Notes under the pieces: generated by a model
What the model saw: the letters and a program-made list of their open reading frames with translations, nothing else
Databases searched by the model: none
Told to the model about the DNA's origin: nothing
In this document: positions 57,467 to 64,000 of the stretch, piece after piece
Position numbering within the stretch: the stretch's first letter is position 1
Layout of the letters: every line of letters starts with the position of its first letter
Program-made: the position numbers and the translations under genes
DNA from: Bacilli bacterium
Lineage (GTDB): Bacteria; Bacillota_I; Bacilli_A; RF39; UBA660
Direction of reading: 5' to 3'
Length of the DNA: 64,000 bases
Assembly: GCA_017433415.1 (NCBI GenBank)
Contig: JAFRHI010000019.1
Span: 4,327-68,326, forward strand

Positions 57467-58204
57467 TAATATTTCTATTTCTTCCTCTTCTTTCTTATTG
57501 TCAGACTCTAGAGATTCAACTTCTTCTTTAACAGGATTATCATCAAATTCTTCTACAACCTTTTCAATAACTGGCTCTTCTGCTTTTTCTGGTTCTTCTT
57601 GTTTAATATAGTTAGATGTAGTTTTTTTCAAATCATAAAGTTTTTTATCGCTACCATCATCTTCATCATCTTCAACTTTTTCATAACGAAGAATAATAAC
57701 GAACTCATAGATTTGATAAATAAATACTATAATGATTGGTAAAAGTACCAAGAATAAGAAACCAATTCTACTTTCTAAAACAGTAAGTACACTACCCCAT
57801 TTAGGATAAACTGATGAATATTTTCCTAATACCTTATTTGAAGAAACAGTTAAATTACTACCATCATCAACAGTATACAAAGCTGTCAAATCTTCTTTTT
57901 TAACATCAAGAACTACATCACTTTTAATAAGATAATTTTCATCAAAAACTGCATAATAATAAATTAAATCGCCCTTATTAATATCATTAGAATTCTTAAC
58001 TATTAATAAATCTCCCTTTTTAACATTATCAATATTAGTTTCCCCTATTAAACTAACATTATAAAATGTATAATCTCCAAATTGTGTATAGCCATATTTA
58101 TTCCTACTTAAAATAAACGAAGTAAGAATAATTGCATAAATAATAATAATTACTTCTACAAATGACCAAATAAAACGTAAAACCTTTTTCACTAGTATCA
58201 CCAT
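57464..58204 (-). CDS. SipW-like signal-peptidase homologue that appears to lack the catalytic Ser and His, with acidic C-terminal tail
   Basis: Colinear with SipW (FGDYTFYNVSLIGETN...KKGDLLIVK...INKGDLI...LIKSDVV...TVDDGSN...VLGKY). SGSM is replaced by VSLIG and THRI by IKSD. A TM lies after the domain, as in SipW. Confidence 0.55.
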   Translation of the reverse strand: MVILVKKVLRFIWSFVEVIIIIYAIILTSFILSRNKYGYTQFGDYTFYNVSLIGETNIDNVKKGDLLIVKNSNDINKGDLIYYYAVFDENYLIKSDVVLDVKKEDLTALYTVDDGSNLTVSSNKVLGKYSSVYPKWGSVLTVLESRIGFLFLVLLPIIIVFIYQIYEFVIILRYEKVEDDEDDGSDKKLYDLKKTTSNYIKQEEPEKAEEPVIEKVVEEFDDNPVKEEVESLESDNKKEEEEIEIL

Positions 58205-58240
58205 CCTAATTTTACCATAAAAGACTTTAATTTAAAATAA

Positions 58241-61200
58241 CTATTCTACAATTTTTTTAACAATCACATATTTGACATCATCATCAATCACTTGATTATT
58301 ATCATATAACTTAAAGACAATCTTATAAGTACCACTAGTTAAATTATCAATCAAAGTAAACCTAACATTTCCCGTATTGGAATTACCAATATTAATATAT
58401 TTTTCATTTCCACTAGCAGTAGTTAATCTCTCTTTAAATAAGTGGTCAAAAGGAATAGATTCATATTCTGTAGAATTAATATCATCTATTTTTCTTTTAA
58501 ATACTTCAACCCTTAAATTTGGATTATTAAGTTCTGATTCATATGTAACAGTATAAGTATTAACAGTACTTTCATTTAAGTTAAGACCAGTCTCACCAAT
58601 AACTACTTTTTCTAAGTCTTCACTACTAACAACAATAGCATTATCACTACCAACCACATATACCGTAAATTCACTAGTAACAGAATTTTCATAAATTGAA
58701 TTATGAAGACCATCACTAGAAGCAAACAATGTACAACGTAAAGTATATTCACCAACCGGTAAATCTTTAGTAGCAGTTATTTTTGGTCTAATACTTAAGT
58801 TCGTAACTTTATCTGCAAGTTTTATTCTAAATATTCCATCCCCATCAGCAAAGTACTCTTGACCATTAATATTAATACTTGTACCAATAAGTAAACTTGA
58901 ACTAACAGGGTCACCATTTCTATCAAGAATAGATATATTAATACCCATATTACTAGATTCATAATTAGTATCAATAACTGGTTGTCTATTTTCTGTTTCA
59001 TTATATTGAACAAGAGTTGAATAATCATAATTATGATCAATACCATAATAAATATATGGTTCTCCAAAATTAATAACTTGCTGTAAAACAACGTTACTAC
59101 TTTCAAAAGTATTATAAACCATTAAACTTTGTCTAATACCCAAAACATTATAAACTGTTCGATCCTCATTATTACGCATCTCAAAAAGAATTGTATTATC
59201 AGGATGATTTCCTGTAACAGTTGTCTCTTTAAAATCAAATATAAACAAGAACTCTTCATCAACTATACCTATATCAGAATCATAATAAGCTAAATTAGCT
59301 GCTTGATCATCATAAGTATTATTAGTACTTGTACTATCCATTTTAATAAAATTACTAAGTCGATAACTAACTTCATGATCGTTTTGTAACTGAATTAAAG
59401 AAGCATTATAAACACTATTAGTTACTTCAAAATAATAATATTCCGGTCGACTACTATTTTGTGTATTATCAATCATTGTAATAAGAGTTCCAACAGGTAA
59501 TGGATTATTACTAGTTAAAACACGATAATTACTATTATTATGACCATAAAATTCTTCAAAGTCATTAGTACTAGCAACCATTGAAAAATAAGCAGTAAAT
59601 TGACTTTGATTAGTAATATTTACTAATGTTGATGAAGGCATTTCATACTTCTTATCATAAGTAATAGAAGCATCATAACTATCAGCATCATTATATCTTT
59701 TTGCAACTAAATCAATAGTTATAGTTATATATTTAATATCATACTCAATAGCATTTTTTGGAATTTCTGCTCGTAAAGTAACAATTACAGTTCCTAATGG
59801 ACCTTGAGCATCTATATTTTTAGTATGATATAAATAAAACATTAATGAAGGTGGTAATTGCCTTGTATCTGTCATATAGTCTAATGTTCCTGAATAACGT
59901 GGACTACTACTAGAATATTTTGTTGTACCATGTCCCGTCCACTCTTGAGTCTCAGCTTTCATCGCAAGACCAAAGACACTATTTGCTTCAGCTTGCGTTG
60001 CTCCTATTCTTGGAACATTTGCTGGGTCTACAAGACTTATTCCTTGATTTAGACCACTTGCATCAAAATCCAAAACACTAAATCTTGTACTACCATCAGC
60101 AAAGTCAATAAGTTGAAGTTCATAAGTACCAAGTGATGAATATTTCGAAGCATTTAACGTAAATCCGTAGTTAATTGCCTCAAAACCGATAATCCATCTA
60201 TAACCAGTTGCACCAATCTCACTAGGATCAATATAAGCAGTTGAAACTTCCGTAAATTCATCATCTAAGAAATTAGAATAGAAACCATCTTTAGTAATAT
60301 CATGATTAACACTATGTAAACCAATTACATAACTACCACCAACAACCATCATTGAAGCAGATCCAGTATCACCATAATCAACACTTTTATCATAAAGTCC
60401 AAAATTATAGCGACCATTTTCATATTGATTGTACATTCCAAAGAAAGTCATACCCGTAACTTTACCATATGCTGTAGCAGCTTGGTTAATTGTAACATTT
60501 AAGTTTTGTCCTGGTTTCATATAAATACGATTATCAACATTTTTAGTAACAGTTTTTGTATCATCATCAATATCCACAACAGCTGGGACTAAAGTACCAT
60601 TACTATCAACACCACTATATAATTCCTTCAATAAGTTAGCATTATGCATTAAAAGTAATGTTGTATTATTTTTTATTACCATTTTATCAATCATATTAAA
60701 TGAATAAAAAATATCCGAATATTCATTAGTTCTATCTGTTGCTCCAGAAAGTTCGATAACTGAAGAATCTATTTCTAAATAATTAGCTCTTTGAATTGAG
60801 ATACTCTTGTTAGGGCTTTCAATACTACCTAAATTCTTAATATAAATATTTGATAATCCAGATGATGAAGATGCATTACCTGAACCAAAAATACTACCAT
60901 TAATAATAAAGTCTAAACTATTATCACTATAACCAGTACCATCAATATTAACATCAATTCCTTCAGTTACTGAAATAAAGTTCCAGTCGTAAGTCTCACT
61001 ACCACTAGCGTTTGACTCACCACCACCAAAGACAGTACCAGAAATTATAATGTCATCACGCGTCAAATTACTATTATTAACTGCAGCATAACCGATATTA
61101 GTATCAGTTGTACCATAAACAACTGCCATTTTTGGTCCACCATAAACATTTCCATGAACTGTACCACCAACTAAATTAACTGTTGCTTTAGAGTTATTTG

Positions 61201-64000
61201 TACTACTTCTTCCAGTTGATGCTGCATTACCAGAACCAAAAACACAACCACCATTAGGTGCTACAGAATTTGCAGTACCAATAACACTAGTACCATCAAT
61301 AGTAATAGTTGAATTTCCATAAACAACTGCACTACTACCATTACCACCAGCAAAAGCATTACCATTAATTATTCCATTATGGACATAAACATTCGTATTA
61401 CCGTTAACTACTCCTTCATTTCCACCACCATAAATATTATTAGTGATAGTTGAAGAATTAATTGTTAAATCCGTATTATTATCAACACCAGCAGCATTTC
61501 CGCCACCATAAACATTAGTTACTTGACAACTTCCAATCGTTGTTGTGGCACTTCCAGTTTGAGCTTCATTTCCACCACCATAAACAGTTCCGATTACTCC
61601 TCCAATAACATTTACAGAAGTAGAAGTAGTGTACCCTCCACTATTATTTCCACCACCAAATAAATTAATAATATTTTCACTATTTATCGTAACATGACTA
61701 TCTCCAGTAGCAGCATTATTTCCACCACCAAAGACATTAGGAATAGTAGAACTAGTAACAGTTAATGTTGCATCTTCAACTCTTCCACCTTGATTATTTC
61801 CACCATATAAAGCTGTAAGTGTAGCATTATTAACTAAAACATCACTACTATTAACATTTCCTGAAATATTAGAACCACCATAGACAGTTCCACTAGTAGT
61901 ATTTTTAACCTCAACATTAGTAGAACCTACACCGGCTTTTTTACCACCGCCATAGATATCATGAACATTAACACCATCTACATCAACATTAGATGTCGTA
62001 GTAGAAGCCTCGTTACCTCCACCATAAATGTCACCATTAATCGTACCACCAGTAACATTAACATTTGAAGTAACAGTAGTACCAGCAATATTATTACCAC
62101 CATAAATATTAGTAACAGAACCAGATGTCACAGTAACATTTGAGGTATTAATTGTACCATTTAAGTTTGAACCACCAAATAAATCACCAGTAATTGTTGA
62201 ACCTTGAAGACGAATATCAGTAGTCGTTTGACTAGCATTTCTACCTCCACCATAACAATTACCAATAGTACCAGCATTCAAGTAAACTACATCACCAGCA
62301 CTTGGACTACCAGATGCATCAAAACCACCATAAACAGCTCCAATATTACCACCATTTATATTTACTGTAATATCCCCCACTACACGTGGTGTATAATCAC
62401 TACTACCTTTTCCACCACCGAAGACATTTTCAGTTATAACACCATTATTAATGGTAACAGTTGTATCATAACTAGAACTATTTGTATTCTGATCAATAGC
62501 GTTAACCGTACCATAAGCAGAGCCACCATAGACACTACCTTTGATAGTTCCATTATTTACGATAACATTAACATCTCTTTCTACATAAGTACCATCATAT
62601 TCTTCATCAAGTCCACCTTTTCCTCCACCATAAACACTACCATTAATAGTACCACCATTAACAGTAACATTAGAATTTCCATAAATTGTTCCTTCAATGT
62701 TAGAACCACCATAAACATCGCCTTTTATTAATCCACCAGAAATATCAATAAAGGAATTAGAAGGTTTTTCATCAGTTCCTCCACCATTTCTATTTCCTCC
62801 ACCATAGACATTCCCATCAATGGTTCCACCAATTATCTTTATCTTAGTTTCACTTGAATCATTATTAGTACCAGTACCTGTAGCACCAAAGTTTCCTCCA
62901 CCATAAACATTACCTAATATATGTGCACTTCCATCAATAACAATATAAGCATTATCATTCGAACCAACAGTATCAGAAGCTAAATTACCGTGCCCATTAC
63001 CAAAAACACTACCAGCTTCCGCTTCCCAAAGAGTATTACCATCATTTACATTATCACTATCACCAACAGTAGCATTTCCACCAATATATATGTATGAATC
63101 TCCTTGTAAAAGTCCTGCATTACTAGTTTCAGCATAAGCATTAGATCCACCAAATAAACTATAATTTACCTGTCCACCAGTCATACTAATAATTCTATTA
63201 GCATATGTCGTTGTAGTACCAGCACCACCATTTACATTATCAATAGAACCACCTTTTATATATAGGAATAATTTATTTCGATTAGCATGTTCTTCTGGTT
63301 GCATTGGCCCACCAACCACGTTATAGAACCAACCACCTTCAATAGTAGTAACAGCAGGTGTATAAACACGACCATATCCTCTGGCTCCGAAATAAGCACC
63401 TGTTGCATGATCAAATTTACCTGTACCAAAAGATCCACTTTTATAAACATTATTAAATCCAGGTTTAATATCATCTGTAGAATGAACATAACCAGACCAC
63501 ATTGGTGAAAAAACAAAACCGAATATTAATTTATCATTATCATTTTTAACTCTATCTATATCAGATCCAAAAATAGTTGATTCGTCAACATAATAAACAT
63601 GCGTATCATTTCTTGGTCCCTCTACACTAGAACCAACATTATAAACACCAGACTCAATAATCATTCTATATCTTTTAGGACTAGAAGCTGATCCAGTATC
63701 GGCAAAGCCATTATTACCACCCAAGACACCTATAAATGATGTAGTTGTTGAATTTGCAGAAGTTATTCCTCTACCTAATTTTATATTATGAAAATTACCA
63801 TAAAAATAATTAGTTTCCGTGGCAGAAGTACTAGGTGTTGAACTTGAAAAACCTGAACCTGATGAAATATATATATTCTCAATTGCTACATCAGCATAAG
63901 CCTTAACATAATCATTATCATCAGAATAATCAACATCCCAACCAGCATTGTTAGTACTACGATAATTTGTACCATTATGAACACTAGTTAGCGTAAATGG
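58241..64000 (-). CDS. giant surface protein (more than 1,900 aa, N-terminus beyond the window): beta-helix GG(G/S)N repeat region plus a C-terminal beta-sandwich-like region
   Basis: The frame stays open from 63724 to 64000 (own translation ...GRGITSANSTTTSFIGVLGGNNGF). About 40 repeats of the type G(T/S)IxGxVYGGGNxxG with about 19-20-aa period. Confidence 0.75.
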   Translation of the reverse strand, partial: PFTLTSVHNGTNYRSTNNAGWDVDYSDDNDYVKAYADVAIENIYISSGSGFSSSTPSTSATETNYFYGNFHNIKLGRGITSANSTTTSFIGVLGGNNGFADTGSASSPKRYRMIIESGVYNVGSSVEGPRNDTHVYYVDESTIFGSDIDRVKNDNDKLIFGFVFSPMWSGYVHSTDDIKPGFNNVYKSGSFGTGKFDHATGAYFGARGYGRVYTPAVTTIEGGWFYNVVGGPMQPEEHANRNKLFLYIKGGSIDNVNGGAGTTTTYANRIISMTGGQVNYSLFGGSNAYAETSNAGLLQGDSYIYIGGNATVGDSDNVNDGNTLWEAEAGSVFGNGHGNLASDTVGSNDNAYIVIDGSAHILGNVYGGGNFGATGTGTNNDSSETKIKIIGGTIDGNVYGGGNRNGGGTDEKPSNSFIDISGGLIKGDVYGGSNIEGTIYGNSNVTVNGGTINGSVYGGGKGGLDEEYDGTYVERDVNVIVNNGTIKGSVYGGSAYGTVNAIDQNTNSSSYDTTVTINNGVITENVFGGGKGSSDYTPRVVGDITVNINGGNIGAVYGGFDASGSPSAGDVVYLNAGTIGNCYGGGRNASQTTTDIRLQGSTITGDLFGGSNLNGTINTSNVTVTSGSVTNIYGGNNIAGTTVTSNVNVTGGTINGDIYGGGNEASTTTSNVDVDGVNVHDIYGGGKKAGVGSTNVEVKNTTSGTVYGGSNISGNVNSSDVLVNNATLTALYGGNNQGGRVEDATLTVTSSTIPNVFGGGNNAATGDSHVTINSENIINLFGGGNNSGGYTTSTSVNVIGGVIGTVYGGGNEAQTGSATTTIGSCQVTNVYGGGNAAGVDNNTDLTINSSTITNNIYGGGNEGVVNGNTNVYVHNGIINGNAFAGGNGSSAVVYGNSTITIDGTSVIGTANSVAPNGGCVFGSGNAASTGRSSTNNSKATVNLVGGTVHGNVYGGPKMAVVYGTTDTNIGYAAVNNSNLTRDDIIISGTVFGGGESNASGSETYDWNFISVTEGIDVNIDGTGYSDNSLDFIINGSIFGSGNASSSSGLSNIYIKNLGSIESPNKSISIQRANYLEIDSSVIELSGATDRTNEYSDIFYSFNMIDKMVIKNNTTLLLMHNANLLKELYSGVDSNGTLVPAVVDIDDDTKTVTKNVDNRIYMKPGQNLNVTINQAATAYGKVTGMTFFGMYNQYENGRYNFGLYDKSVDYGDTGSASMMVVGGSYVIGLHSVNHDITKDGFYSNFLDDEFTEVSTAYIDPSEIGATGYRWIIGFEAINYGFTLNASKYSSLGTYELQLIDFADGSTRFSVLDFDASGLNQGISLVDPANVPRIGATQAEANSVFGLAMKAETQEWTGHGTTKYSSSSPRYSGTLDYMTDTRQLPPSLMFYLYHTKNIDAQGPLGTVIVTLRAEIPKNAIEYDIKYITITIDLVAKRYNDADSYDASITYDKKYEMPSSTLVNITNQSQFTAYFSMVASTNDFEEFYGHNNSNYRVLTSNNPLPVGTLITMIDNTQNSSRPEYYYFEVTNSVYNASLIQLQNDHEVSYRLSNFIKMDSTSTNNTYDDQAANLAYYDSDIGIVDEEFLFIFDFKETTVTGNHPDNTILFEMRNNEDRTVYNVLGIRQSLMVYNTFESSNVVLQQVINFGEPYIYYGIDHNYDYSTLVQYNETENRQPVIDTNYESSNMGINISILDRNGDPVSSSLLIGTSININGQEYFADGDGIFRIKLADKVTNLSIRPKITATKDLPVGEYTLRCTLFASSDGLHNSIYENSVTSEFTVYVVGSDNAIVVSSEDLEKVVIGETGLNLNESTVNTYTVTYESELNNPNLRVEVFKRKIDDINSTEYESIPFDHLFKERLTTASGNEKYINIGNSNTGNVRFTLIDNLTSGTYKIVFKLYDNNQVIDDDVKYVIVKKIVE

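Noticed and set aside
62204-62731. 175-aa plus-strand ORF, plus 58822..59106, 63256..63516 and 63287..63508
   Set aside because: All lie inside the giant repeat-protein gene. They are low-complexity Ile/Thr/Asn strings generated by the repeats, with no RBS.
1-64000. Mollicute-style genetic code (TGA as Trp)
   Set aside because: Long ORFs are intact under the standard code. Trp is encoded by TGG, and TGA terminates at least the 4456 micro-ORF and the 14470 peptide.

Overview
This is a strongly AT-rich, low-GC Bacillota-type chromosome segment, Erysipelotrichia- or Clostridia-like by gene content. It uses the standard genetic code: Trp is TGG and TGA acts as a stop. Almost every gene lies on the minus strand; only three real CDS are on the plus strand. 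No rRNA, tRNA, CRISPR array, integrase or transposase was seen.

Content from left to right:
- Housekeeping genes: a partial pseudouridine synthase, a CIRCE-controlled hsp20, a lipase-like hydrolase, an SLT-domain protein and a macro-domain protein.
- A SAM-I riboswitch operon that includes an unusually short MetK homologue.
- An ABC exporter preceded by a leader peptide and terminator.
- nrdD-nrdG, with the NrdD glycyl-radical segment encoded as a separate 50-aa ORF.
- A small accessory patch: DUF3781, ICMT-like methyltransferase, GNAT, and a small hydrophobic peptide between 154-bp direct repeats.
- recG.
- A long operon encoding vWA, XpaC-like, binding-protein-like, TelA, AAA+ and pyruvate:ferredoxin oxidoreductase proteins.
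- A cell-envelope and glycan cluster.
- About 24 kb of accessory surface and nucleoside genes.

The most unusual part is 42.8-50.1 kb. It is a tightly packed operon of TasA/camelysin-like secreted paralogues plus a SipW-type signal peptidase. Embedded in it is a three-gene module: an unknown 348-aa protein, a membrane-anchored McrB-like NTPase, and a McrC-N-like protein with no visible nuclease domain.

Next to that operon is a roughly 6.3-kb nucleoside module encoding PnuC, a deoxyribosyltransferase-like protein, a highly divergent PurA-like ligase, a small P-loop kinase and an NrtR-like regulator. It is bracketed by near-identical terminator repeats. Beyond it lie a SipW paralogue that appears to lack its catalytic residues and a beta-helix repeat protein of more than 1,900 aa that runs off the window.

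All family assignments come from motif recognition by eye. None has been confirmed by a database search.
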